The notes beneath the pieces are model-generated. The model was not told the DNA's origin and searched no databases. It saw only the letters and a program-made list of their open reading frames with translations. From positions 167,772,001 to 167,836,000 of the forward strand of contig OZ024740.1 in assembly GCA_964016885.1 (NCBI GenBank): a stretch of DNA of 64,000 bases. The letters run 5' to 3'. The translations under genes and the position numbers were made by a program. Shown piece after piece: positions 28,763 through 41,010 of the stretch. Each line of letters opens with the position of its first letter. Within the stretch, counting starts at the first letter, position 1. Origin of the DNA: Eledone cirrhosa (lineage: Eukaryota).

Positions 28763-29184
28763 CTACATTTTAAATTTATATTTATATTTAAAAGTTGAGC
28801 AACTGAATAAATTTGTCCGTAAATTAAGGGAATTTTTAGATTTGAGTATAAAGAATATCTCCTCCGCGCAGAGGTCACATGTCTCAGAGGATGAATTAAA
28901 AGGAATCCCTCTTGAGACTATATTCCAAGCCGTCGAATATCCAACGTTATCATGCTTAAGTTGCCAGAGTAAGCCTGATAGTGATGTTGAAGATTTTTTG
29001 CTTGGATCTGTGAAAGAATTCTTGTGGTTATTATAGCGAAGTTTAAATTCTGTCGAGGTGGAACCAACATAGTTAAAAGAATTTAAGTCCGTTTTAACAT
29101 TACAGTTGTACATTATATTTTTAACTAAGCAATTGTTATTTAACGGACATTTAGATCTATCTCTACAGTTACATTTGTTTACTT
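28763..29184 (-). pseudogene. Penelope-like GIY-YIG endonuclease domain (N-terminally truncated)
   Basis: CNCRDRSKCPLNNNCLVKNIMY...NYVGSTSTEFKLRYNNHKNSF...CDLCAEE..ILK...LNLRT, the typical PLE linker plus GIY-YIG. Confidence 0.9.
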
Positions 29185-29431
29185 ATTGATATTTTTACAT
29201 TGATGAAACATAATGTTTTAAATCTGCCTCGTTTATATCTGGATATTTTTCTTTTCTCTCTATGTAACGGCTGTTTTCTCTCCTAACCACATATATCACT
29301 CTCTACCTTAATACTAGAACTAAATAAATAAATAAATAAATAAATATATCATTGATACGTCATTCAACTGGTGCCCAACTACCTATTTTCTTTCTCTCTA
29401 TCTCTATCTATATCTATCTCTCTCTATTTTT

Positions 29432-29465
<34 letters not shown>

Positions 29466-29723
29466 CTATCTATCTCCCTCTGTGTTTTTTCTCTCTCTAT
29501 CTATCTCTCTCTGTTTCTTTACATGAATTTCTTCTCTCTATCTATCTCTCTATATCTATCTCTCTCTATTTAGTTGCATGCATTTCTTCTTTTTCTTCGC
29601 TTTTTTTCTTTCTTTCTTTTTATAACTGTCCCTAACATTTTTCACTACCAAATCAACTTTTTAAATGGAAGTTGAAGTTGTAAGGTATGTCAAATCTATC
29701 TATTTATAAGACTGTTTATATTG

Positions 29724-29789
29724 TATTTTGTCTGAAGAAGGCATACCATATTTTTAATATGATATCCCTGAAATATATATAATGAAATA
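29724..29789 (+). ncRNA. Type I hammerhead ribozyme (inverted pLTR copy)
   Basis: Same as 27308-27371, with palindromic stem III TATATA and an AUA site. Confidence 0.75.
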
Positions 29790-29829
29790 AATATGGTTTT
29801 ATAAATATAGTTTCCATTTATTTAATATC

Positions 29830-29950
<121 letters not shown>

Positions 29951-30331
29951 CCGCAGAGTATTTTGAGTTTGTCTCTGTCATAAAGACACTTGCTGGAACT
30001 TGCTGGAAAATGCTGGTACAACTTATTGTACTTATGGACTAGTAAATGTACATGCCTTGTCGTGTCTTATTTTGTACTCTTTTTTAGCTAGTATGGTGAC
30101 CGTATTCACTATGTTGGTCGTACTCTCTGTATTAACTCCACACATACAGCACGTCATACTTTAAACAAGATCATCTATAACCTTGGTCTTAGGATGAGAT
30201 CAGCAGTGATTTAGTTTCCCTTTTGCATCAGTACTTAACTCAGCCGTTTATCTTTCGAATTGGCCATGCAATGTACGCCTATTTCCATCTGTAGATTCTC
30301 TTAAACTCTTCGTTACATTATTATTATTTTG

Positions 30332-30510
30332 ACAGTATCGGTAGAACATCAGACACCATGCTTTGCTGCATAGGGTTATGACCCTTTACGTTTTGAGTTC
30401 AGATTCCTCCGAGGTTAGATTTGCCTTTCATCCTTACGGGATGAATAAAAATAAAAGCACCAGTAATGCACTGATGTAATTGCTGGCCGTGTGTCAAAAG
30501 TAGGAACAAT
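30332..30510 (+). mobile_element. SINE family A copy
   Basis: TTTGAGTTCAGATTCCTCCGAGGTTAGATTTGCCTTTCATCCTTACGGG. Confidence 0.7.
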
Positions 30511-32399
30511 TATTATTATTATTATCATTGAAATTATCATCATCGTCATCATCATCACCATTATTATTTTACCGCTGTTGTTGTTATTTTTTTTTGGGGG
30601 GGGGGGGGGGGGGGGGTTGCTAGACATGCCTTTTGACAGAGCTCCGCTGATAAAACACTTTCTTCCAGGATTACTAAACCGAACGCAACGTTTGGCTTTG
30701 TTATTTTTACCCACATACAAACAGTTTCGGAATAATTGTAAGTTCACCTTATTAACCTGGTGTAAAAAAGAACGTTCGTCATTAGACATTTGTAATGCAT
30801 ACACAGATTTTGCAGATTTTTTATTACTTTCTAAATATGACTACTCAGAAAGAGATGGAGGTGGTGCTAGCCACTAACGTTGTAGCAGCAAATACAGCTC
30901 ACATATTTTGAGAATATTTGAAAATACGAAAATAGAATAGAAACTATATAAATAACCAAAATCCAAATCCAAATGATAATTATAAAAACATACACGGTTA
31001 TAAATACAGTCAGATACAAACTGACAAGCGAAACGCAAAATTAAAAATTAAATAACAATAACAGAAGTGCTACCACCAACATTAACAACTGATATTTCGT
31101 TATGGGATACAAGGTTTTCGATATGAGCCAATGTAAGAAGGAGAGATTAGATGGGTGAGACTGGTCACAAAGAATGGTGAATTATGAATTTATCCAAATA
31201 TGAACGAAGATTGAATCCTCACGCATTTGACAACACTGATGTCTTTGTTGAGCAAATTCATAAATACCAGCTTACAGTACCCGGAAACAGTTACGACTCC
31301 TCATTCCTTTGTGTAAGGTTTGTTTTTATTTATTTTAATATGTGGTATTACAATTTTACCTAGTTTTATATGTATGGTCAATTAAATAATGTACCAGTCA
31401 AGTACTGCGGTCGATGTAATCAACTTTCCTGTCTCTCCAAATTGTTGGCGTTATGCCTAAATTAGAAACCAGTATTATTGCTCAGAAAGCATGACAGAAA
31501 TGTAATACAAATACCAGCGAAAAATCACATATCTCCCCCCACTATCCAATTTATCACAACTACCACTACTACTACTACCACCACTACCACCACTACCTTG
31601 CACTCGGTGTTTACTGCGAGCAACCCATGGATCGTTGTTTACCCCCTCTCCGCTACTAGTCTCGGAGTGTCTGAAAAGGTCACAGGCACCGCCTTTCCTC
31701 CTCTGATTAAGACATTTATTTTTATAATTATTAAAGCACTACTACAACCAGAATGATGTAGACGATGGCAGATCAATAGTGTTTGCAGCCTCGTATATCG
31801 CAATAAAACATAATAAAATAAAAGATTGCGAGGGAAGGAATTTAATCTAGGTTGACCTAAATTCTGATAAAAACGAAATCTAAAATTAAATGTAAACTTT
31901 CATTTCTTAGTTACTAAAGTCGATATCGTCACAAATGCGATGAGATGGCAATTATTTCAATTTACTTGTAGTAATAATAGCCTTACAATAGTTACTTAGA
32001 TATTTACTAACCTTCAAATAGTTTTTAATTTTTCATTAGACTGTAGCCATGTTGGGCGTTGTCGATTATACCCTTCCCAATACTTCTTTATATATATTTA
32101 AAACAAAGGAACGCAAAGTACAAAACTAACGAAAAAACAACTGAAAATAGCCAGTCCCATCTCCCCAAATCAACCTCTGGGAATCACTACAGTTTTGTTT
32201 CAGTGCATTTACACACATATATATATATATGTGTGTGAGTGCGTTTGTGTGAATGTGTGTGCGTATGTGTGTGTGTGTGTGTGATGATGGGTTATTGTGG
32301 CGGTGTTGTATGTCCCCAAATCTATCCTTATCCTACAGACAAGACTAAAAAAATTCCACCTTTGACCATCCCGTATTTTTAGCAGTTTATCTCAGACTA

Positions 32400-33086
32400 T
32401 CTAAACTATAATAAAGTAAAGAGTGCGGGACTGCGTCCAGAATATATTTTTTATCCCGTTTGTAAAATAAGTTGGATTACTTTGAATAAATAATTGTTTC
32501 TACTTTAGGCACAAGGCCAGCAATTACCCAGTGCATTACTGGTACTTTATTTTATCGACCCCGTAAGGATGAAAGGCAAAGTCAACCTCGGCGGGATTTG
32601 AACTCAGATCGTAAAGGGACGTAACTATGTTGGAAAGCATGGCGTCCGACCCTCTACTGATACTGCCAATTCACCGCCCTTACTTTGAATAAATAATGAA
32701 TGAATATTACATAATTAATCTACTAAATTTTGTTATTCTTGATTAAAAATAAATAATATAGTTGCTTATGTTAAGATTCACTTCTTTAAAATGTTCAAAT
32801 GTCAACACTTCCGGTTAGCGATCGCTTAAATAAACATTCATATATTTCCGTCACTAATTTTCTCCTAATGCAGTTATATAATATCGTCTTTTTTTAATGT
32901 ATCATGGATTACGTTACTGATTACATAAGACAGTGTAACGCAGTCTTCGTTCAATTTCTGTGTATATTGTCAATTACGATTTTATTTGATGTATCATATC
33001 TACATGCATATATACTTGCGTATAATATCAATATTCACATTACACATGCTACCAGAAAACCACGCGAAGGGTTGTTTTCCTGCTAA
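32400..33086 (+). mobile_element. Non-autonomous Helitron, copy 2, interrupted by a SINE
   Basis: A|TCTAAACTATAATAAAG start, degenerate hairpin and CTAA|T end; colinear with the reverse complement of 22779-23326. Confidence 0.8.
32495..32679 (-). mobile_element. SINE family A, full-length with 18-bp TSD
   Basis: TSD TTACTTTGAATAAATAAT at 32477-32494 and 32680-32697; B-box-like GAGTTCAAATCCC on the minus strand. Confidence 0.85.
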
Positions 33087-35120
33087 TATTATCTAATATA
33101 GCCCTTCCGTTATTTTAAAGACAGATATTGTGAAATTAGAGCGAGATTTGGTTTCTATTTCTAACAAGTCTAGTGAACACGTAGAAGCTCTATATTATTA
33201 CCACGTTATTTTTGTTGTTTAAGCCCAGGTTACTATACTTCACGAAGTCCCACGATCAAAGATGCTATAGTATACGGCCGGCTCATATTTTTGTAATCAA
33301 AGACTACATTACTATAGCATGAGTGATTTTAACTGGGTCGGCGGAAAAATGTGAAAGCAAGTCAAATGAATTCTACCTGTAATTCAAATGTTTACCCTTG
33401 TCACTTACAGTCACGTTGATTTGGCTTGAGGATTCAGTTAAAGATACACGTGTCAGTGGAATGATACAGTTAATTTATGGAATACTTAACCACCTACAGG
33501 TTGGAATTCCAGTTGATCGAACAAGTGAATGCTCATCGTGGAAACTAACGGAGAAACCATCATCATATTGCTAAGATGGTAGGATGTCATTGTAGAGAGA
33601 TTTAATTGTTATTTTTTGCAGACTGGGATATCACATAGAAGCTCTTTCTCTCTCTCTCGTTCATCTGCTCACTCACTCATTAAGTTATTTTGATAGGGCA
33701 CAGATCAAAAGGGAGTGAATCATTGGTTACGAAGCTTGTTTTTACAGGTTAAAGACATGCGATGTGAGCTAATGATACTGCGTGACTTTATTATTGCAGG
33801 TTACAAGTTCGTGATCAGTTAAATATTGTACAAAAGTTGTGTTTACTTCGAAAATAGACAGTTAGTGAAACAAATTAGAATTTTGTCTTGATTTTTGTGG
33901 ACGTTTTCTACACTCAGTAGGTATATTTAGAAGCATGGGACGCTCAACGTTGATGCACACATTCCTGGGATAATTTCATGTATATATATATGGGGGGGGG
34001 GGATTGCATGTGTCTCTGTGTGTGTGTGAATGTGTGTGCGGGGTGTAAATAAGGACCATCTTTTCTTTCAAAAATGCTGTTAACACAACTGTGTTCAAAC
34101 ATATTCTTTATTAGTAAGTGTTTTTCATATTTCCTTAATTTATTTAATGTTTAGTTTGAGATAATAACGTTCCTAAATATATTAATACATCGAGAATTTC
34201 ACCACCTCATTAAAAAAAATCTCACATACAATTTAGGTGATAAACTTAAACTATGACAACTACCAGGCCATAGCAGTTGAGTGACTTTTTAACTACTTTG
34301 CGGCCACTGCAAAACACATGAACGACTTACCACTACCACAAGTATTCTGGAGATAGGACAGTGACGATTTCGAAACGTTTATTAGATTTAGATGCGCTAT
34401 TTTTCCAAGCCAAACATAAAAAATTAATAAAGAAATATAAAGACTCCTTAAAAGAAAGATCAAATTGGAAACATTCGTCTTCGAAATATAATAGAACATA
34501 TATATATATATATTAGCAAAAACTCCTCATCATACAGATAGAGTATAATATCTAATATATTTGTATGTAAATAGTGATAATAATGTAAACATAGAAAGAC
34601 GGGGGCTAAGTGATAGAGAGAGAGACAAACAGGCAGGCAGACAAATAGATCGATGGATAGACAAATAGGTATAGAATCTGCATGTACACTTGAAAAGAGA
34701 GAAGAGAGAGTTTAAGGGGAGAAAGGGAAATAGGAAAAAATAAATAATTTGGTAAAAATATCAGATAGACATAGAGAGATAGGCAAACAGACAGGCAAGT
34801 GTGTATAGAAATAGGATAGAAAATAGATACAGGAATAATAATCTCTCCTGATTTCATTTCCGTATAACTTTCTGAATAATGCATATTTTGCTGAGAGACA
34901 TTTTAAAAAGAGTAAATAATTATTATGTCGATAACATTAAAAAACAATACAGAATAAATTGCCGTTTTCACTTAAGTAAACTAAGGGAAGTTGTGTGTTA
35001 CCTTAAAACAAAAGATTGTCAAATTTAATTTATTTATATAAAACACGGTGTGCGTATAAACACAATATATATAATGTATATTATTTGCGAAAAAGTTAAT
35101 TGAATGAGATATGCAAGCAG

Positions 35121-35163
35121 ATGTATGTATGTATGTATGTATGTATGTATGTATGTATGTATG

Positions 35164-35194
<31 letters not shown>

Positions 35195-35260
35195 GTATGT
35201 ATGTATGTATGTATGTATGTATGTATGTATGTATGTATGTATGTATGTATGTATGTATGT
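35121..35260. repeat. (ATGT)n microsatellite
   Basis: Directly visible. Confidence 0.95.
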
Positions 35261-35332
35261 ATCGGTGTATATTTGTGATGCACCATAGAACGTGTGTTTA
35301 CGTATGTCATTGTGTTTATATGTGGATAGAAA

Positions 35333-35946
35333 TGTCAGGTCACCAGTTGGTGCTACTAGTAACATGTATCCCAGTACAACCTGTCTCATGGTCGGGTCGT
35401 TGACGACTAAACTGGCAACCCCACCAAGGTTTCTTGGTGAGGAGGGTGACATTGGACATCCTGCAGGACTTAAAAACAAAACCTTTCAAAGGGCAAAGGG
35501 CAAAGGAGATCTTAAGAGTCAATGGCCATACAAAATCACCGGGAGATATGACCCCTTAGCCTTTGTCAAGGCAGAATTCTAGAAGGAAAACTCTGATATA
35601 ACACCTGCAACTCTGATGGTATCCAATGATGTTGACTTGTTCTTCTTTTTGGTAAATATCATCTTGGTTAAGAGAGTGGGACTGGCTTTGTGCAGTGCCT
35701 TTGCTCACTATAAAAGCTTCACGGCACAGGCATTGCTTTATATCTGGAGATCTCTCTGCACTTGTCGTCACATGGTACCATGGGCCCAGCACTACGTGTC
35801 AATAATTGTCACAAGTGTAGTGTTTGTACCAGAGTTTTCAAGTCGCTGGCTGGACTAAAGAGTCACACTCGTTCAGCGCATCGGTAGGAGTTCTCCTACA
35901 TGGATATAAAGTAGTGGCCGTACTCGAAAACGAGTTGGCAGCCACC
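35333..35946 (+). mobile_element. Bipartite non-autonomous RTE-derived element, copy 2
   Basis: 5'UTR-like head, APE remnant (ESGTGF), WRSLC, then HKCSVCTRVFKSLAGLKSHTRSAHR* (35810-35887) and a short 3'UTR into ATGT/TA repeats. Confidence 0.75.
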
Positions 35947-35977
35947 ATGTATGTATCTATGTATATATATATATATA

Positions 35978-36586
35978 TGTCAGGTCACCAGTTGCTGCTA
36001 CTGGTAACATGTATCCCAGTACAACCTGTCTCATGGTCGGGTCGTTGGCGACTAAACTGGCAAACCCACCAAGGTTTCTTGGTGAGGAGGGTGACTTTGG
36101 ACATCCTGCAGGACTAAAAACAAAACCTGTCAAGGGGCAAAGGAGCTCGTAAGAGTCAATGGCCATCCAAAATCACCGGGAGAGATGACCTCTTAGCCTT
36201 TGTCAAGGCAGAATTCTAGGAGAAGGAAAACTCTGATATAACACCTGCAACCCTGATGGTATCCAATGATGTTGACTTGTTCTTCTTTTTGGTAAATATC
36301 ATCTTGGTTAAGAGAGTGGGACTGGCTTTGTGCAGTGCCTTTGCTCACTATAAAAGCTTCACGGCACAGGCATTGCTTTATATCTGGAGATCTCTCTGCA
36401 CTTGTCATCACATGGTACCATGGGCCCAGCACTATGTGTCAATAATTGTCAGAAGTGTAGTGTTTGTACCAAAGTTTTCAAGTCGCTGGCTGGACTAAAA
36501 AGTCACACTCGTTCAGCGCATCGGTAGGGGTTCTCCTACATGGATATAAAGTAGTGGCCGTACTCGAAAACGAGTTGGCAGCCACC
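35978..36586 (+). mobile_element. Bipartite non-autonomous RTE-derived element, copy 3 (head-to-tail with copy 2)
   Basis: Highly similar to copy 2, separated by ~30 bp of microsatellite; remnant LCQGRILGEGKL...ESGTGF. Confidence 0.75.
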
Positions 36587-36600
36587 ATATATATATGTGG

Positions 36601-36654
<54 letters not shown>

Positions 36655-36679
36655 GTGCGTGTGTGTGTGGGGGGGGGTT

Positions 36680-37060
36680 TCTACGCCTACCTCCATTCTG
36701 ATTACTGAAAGCTGAAGCTGGCACATTACTGCACAAGTTTTTGGAATCCTTACACTTAATTCAGCCTGTTGCCTTTCATCACTTGTGAACACGGCCCCGA
36801 GGTAGTTGAACTTGTCTACCTGCTTTAGCGGAACTCTATTATTCACATGTAGCGTGCACTGTGCAGGCTTCGTTGATAGGACGAGTGTCTCAGATTTGCA
36901 GCACTGATTTTCATTCCAACCATGCAGCACTTGGCATCAAACCTAACAAGTGCAAGTGGAAGATCATCTTCTGTCGAGTAACTCGCTTTCTTCAATTCGG
37001 TCTTCGTGCCAGGTGACCTAAGCAAAGACTGTTCAGTCATCAAACTGGCCAGTAGCCTGC
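36680..37060 (-). mobile_element. RTE-clade LINE reverse transcriptase fragment
   Basis: KSETLVLS...LKQVDKFNYLGAVFTSDERQQAELSVRIPKTCAVM matches RTE RT domain 7/thumb. Confidence 0.8.
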
Positions 37061-37296
37061 AGCTGACAGTGTTTCTTCTGTAAAGTGGCAGTTATCATAT
37101 ATATATGCCCCCACGATCCTCTCAGGAATAAGTGGGCGAAGAAGATGTGTCTATATATATATATTTATGTGTGTGCACGTGTGTATGTGTGCATGGGGGT
37201 TTGTGTGGCGTTTGTATGAGTATATTTATTCTCTTTACTTTTTTCATTCATAATTCTGTGGCCGTACCATCAATTTTTAATTGATATATATATATA

Positions 37297-38522
37297 TATT
37301 AGTAAAAAGGAAGAGAAAATGCTGACAAATTTTTCCCAGTGAAAAATTGTTTAATTAGGAATAAGTATTAAATAGTATTCAGTTTTAGTTTTAAATGTTT
37401 ACCGGTTGCGCATTTCTTATGCTTTTTAAAAATAATTTTGAGATAGAGTGCTCGTGATTTTTGCTCTAATCTGATCATTTTTGGAAATTCTTCCTGTTTT
37501 ATGTGAAAAAAGTGGCTAATGTGAAAAAAGTGGCTTGGAAGGTATTAAGATTTGGAGGTATAATCCGTTTGAAAAATCGATTCATAGCTTAGGAACCAAG
37601 CGGAACTTTTTTCCCAGCGTTGAAGGGATTTCAGCTCCTCTCTGTTGCAGTCCTCTTTCCATAATTTAGAGATCTTCTCTACGTTGGGGCCTTCAGTTTT
37701 ATTGTTGATTTCAAGGAGGATCTCTTCATCGGTGGTTTTGATTTTTTCCTCATTTGTCTGGGCCCTCAATTTAAGAAGTTCAATTTCTGTCTTCATTTTT
37801 TCCAATGCCATTCTTTCCCTAAGGCCTCTTTGAGGCTCGGGTTGGAATTGATTTTATTTGTATTTTACGGGGGAGAGTTAGAGGGGTTGAATTAAGCCAT
37901 TTTTCATATATCTCCGCTTTGTTGGGATTTTGTATCATCTTCCAGAAGGAGAACTTTCTGTCTCTGAGGGATTTGTTCCATTTTGGGATTGTTCGATTTT
38001 TCATTTTGTATGAATCAATCTCACGTGGTTCTTCGTCGGTTTCCCTGGGTTGGTAGTAGTGAACATAGGTTTTGAAGTTTATCGCCGATTTCGGAGGGTT
38101 TGTATCCGGTAACGGTTTCATCATTTGTGGAGTCAAATTTGTGAACTAGCACAGATAGGTTGGTGTTAATTTTCTTGAGTTCCTGTAGAATCTCTTCATT
38201 TATGTGGTTAAGAGTTGTATCTGTTTTTGTTGGCATATTCTGTATCTCGTGTGGGGATATGATATTTTAAAAAATAGAGGTGTGACACACGAATTGTGAT
38301 ATATTAGTAAAAAGGAAAAGAAAATGCTAACAAATTTTTCCCAGTGAAAAATAGTTTAATTAGGAATAAGTATAAATTAGTAATAATTATTAGTTAGTAT
38401 TCAGTTTTTGTTTTAAGTTTTTACCGGTTGTGCATTTCTTATGCTTTTCAAAAATAATTTTGAGATAGAGTGCTCGTGATTTTTGCTCTAATCTGATCCG
38501 TTTTAGAAATTCTTCCTGTTTG
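37297..38522 (-). mobile_element. Element with ~200-bp direct terminal repeats enclosing a frameshifted ORF of unknown family
   Basis: 37297-37499 is repeated at 38302-38522, with an inverted third copy at 39135-39313. Three minus-strand ORF pieces (38236-37545) read as one protein. Confidence 0.65.
37545..38236 (-). pseudogene. Frameshifted ~225-aa helical/coiled-coil-like protein of unknown function
   Basis: Consecutive ORFs 38021-38236, 37819-38136 and 37545-37811 with protein-like, non-repetitive composition (WNKSLRDRKFSFWK, LPRKIQIK, LEKMKTEIELLKLR, WKEDCNREE). Confidence 0.55.
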
Positions 38523-38973
38523 TTATTGATGTTATTGATGTTCCTTTGAGAGAATCGTTTTTGCAAATGACTGAAAATATCGAATAATGTACGCCATTTT
38601 TACCAGTACCACAAAATTTCTGGTCCATCCACACACACGTGCGCGCGCGCAGGCATGCACACGTGCACACTAACATACAGACAGACATACACACACACAC
38701 AGAGACACACACACTTCTCCGTATAAGACAAGAGCTGAAAAATATGTCTCAACATGTTAAAATAACCCCCCCCCCCCCCCCGCCCACACACACACACACA
38801 CACACATACACACACATTCCTACTGACCGATTCATTTCCATTATCACAACAATGAACCACTTTGCTACACACACACACACACATATTTGTCTTAATAGAC
38901 ACTTGAACTATTTACCTCTCAACATGACTGCAACTCAATCAAGCGGAAAAGGACACTCTTCGGCAAACCTACA

Positions 38974-39125
38974 TTTGGCGGGAAACCAGTACGCGCTAAA
39001 ATCAATTTAAACATTCACGTGACTTCTACCGACCAATCAAAATTGTTTTGTCTACAAGAACTTTTGCAAAACGAATTGGCGCGAAATTTATAGTGCTTAT
39101 TCACGTGACATTCAACAACCAACCA
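38974..39125 (+). promoter_or_regulatory. Duplicated E2F / E-box / CCAAT motif module
   Basis: TTTGGCGGGAAA 38974, TCACGTGAC 39015, CCAAT 39033, TTGGCGCGAAA 39076, TCACGTGAC 39101. Confidence 0.4.
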
Positions 39126-39310
39126 AATGTCCTTATAAGCCAGTTTTTTTCACATAAAACAGGAACAATTTCCAAAACTGATCAGTTAGAGCAAAAATTA
39201 CGAGCACTCTATCTCAAAATTATTTTTGAAAAGCATAAGAAATGCGCAACCGGTAAAAACTTAAAACTAAAACTGAATACTAACTAATACTTATTACTAA
39301 TTTATACTTA

Positions 39311-39396
<86 letters not shown>

Positions 39397-39445
39397 AAAT
39401 AAAGTTAAATAAAAGTCAAATGATTAAAATTTAGCTTCGTTTATT

Positions 39446-39500
39446 ACTGCTATATATATTTCAGTGACAGCCATCTTTGGCTGTGACCTCTTCAGGCAGT
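39446..39500 (-). ncRNA. Type I hammerhead ribozyme
   Basis: Exact inverted copy of 39639-39693. Confidence 0.85.
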
Positions 39501-39638
39501 TTGAATTAGTATGGTATAGTCATATGACTCCAGTTCCTCAGTGAATTAACAACCCAACAAGGAACTGGGTATATCAGAGTATTGACAATATTATACACCT
39601 AAACAACATATGTACTTGTCTATACCATACTAATTCAA

Positions 39639-39693
39639 ACTGCCTGAAGAGGTCACAGCCAAAGATGGCTGTCACTGAAATATATATAGCAGT
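39639..39693 (+). ncRNA. Type I hammerhead ribozyme
   Basis: ACTGC-CTGAAGA-GGTCACAGCC(AAAGAT)GGCTGTCACT-GAAA-TATATA-TA^GCAGT. Confidence 0.85.
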
Positions 39694-40126
39694 AATAAAC
39701 GAAGCTAAATTTTAATCATTTGACTTTTATTTAACTTTATTTTACACTACTCCGGAGTAACTAAACCAACCTGCGCACTTCGTCGAGTGCTCCAGCCTGC
39801 ATACTAAGGTGTTGATATACAACCAACATAAACTCAAAATATATATATATTTATATATATATATTCGTTACTGATTTTCGATAAAATCAATATCTTATTA
39901 TTCGATGTTTGAAAAAGCTGACAGGCGACAAGGAAGTGTAATTTCTGTTCTTTAATTATTGTGTATGCATAACAGGAAGCTTCAGAGAAAAAGTTATCCT
40001 TCATATTTGTGTGCGAGTACAGCAACAACATTCAGCAAACTTCTAGTACATTCATGTGTAAGCCTAAATATCTTAAACACGATCTCAAAAGATTTATATA
40101 TATATATATAGGTGTATATATAAGTG

Positions 40127-40176
<50 letters not shown>

Positions 40177-40225
40177 GAAAATTATTTGCAGTTATATATA
40201 TTTTTTATACAAACACTAAATATAC

Positions 40226-40292
<67 letters not shown>

Positions 40293-40675
40293 GGATATGT
40301 GTTCCTTCACGCACAAGGCGCTAAGGTACGCATGTATTGTCCAACCAAATGCCAGTGTGGTTCAATGGCGGGTTAATAAATTAACGAGCCAGAACAAATA
40401 TAAACAAGGTTTAGCAAATAATGAAAAAGTTTCAAAATAAATTTAAAAAAATTGACTTTACCTACTATAGTTACCTTTACCGATCGGTTTCGAATATATA
40501 ATTGAATATAAAAGAGAGATAAATAGAGATATAAACATAGATGTGTTCAAATTGTAAGGGACCAGGTTCGCTATGGTGAAAAAAATACTAACTATTAACA
40601 ATATGGTTTGCCAGGCTCAATTTAAAATAATAAATCAAGAAAAGAAATACAGACCTATATTCGGCAACTGCCGGA

Positions 40676-40753
40676 ACACCCAGACAGCTTATGGTAGGCT
40701 GTTTCGCAATTTTAGCGAAGGAAATTACCAATTCTTTGCTCATCACTAGGTGT
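40676..40753 (-). ncRNA. Hammerhead-like motif with non-canonical GUGAUGA core
   Basis: ACACCTA-GTGATGA-GCAA[26 nt]TTGC-GAAA-CAGC(CTACCATAA)GCTG-TC^TGGGTGT. Confidence 0.7.
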
Positions 40754-40970
40754 AAAATTAGTAATCCCTTCACTTCTAAGTATCTCGGCAGACTGAACAA
40801 TGTGCGAATATAAGATAACCCACACGGCATCAGAACCTAGCGTGTCTCATAAACGTACGCTACTAAAAATAGCAGCCAAGTTTACACGACATTTAAATTA
40901 GCTCGACAAAAATTGAAGGAGCCGATTATATCAAAGGTATATAGTGAGTTTCTAACTCACTATATACCTT

Positions 40971-41010
<40 letters not shown>

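Larger units (their letters stand above)
39395..39744. mobile_element. Fold-back pLTR-like fragment with an HHR on each arm
   Basis: 39395-39520 is the reverse complement of 39620-39744; follows (TA)n; same family as 47799-48011. Confidence 0.8.

Noticed and set aside
40474-40495. GAAACCGATCGGTA half-hammerhead on the minus strand
   Set aside because: No upstream CUGANGA or stem II found.
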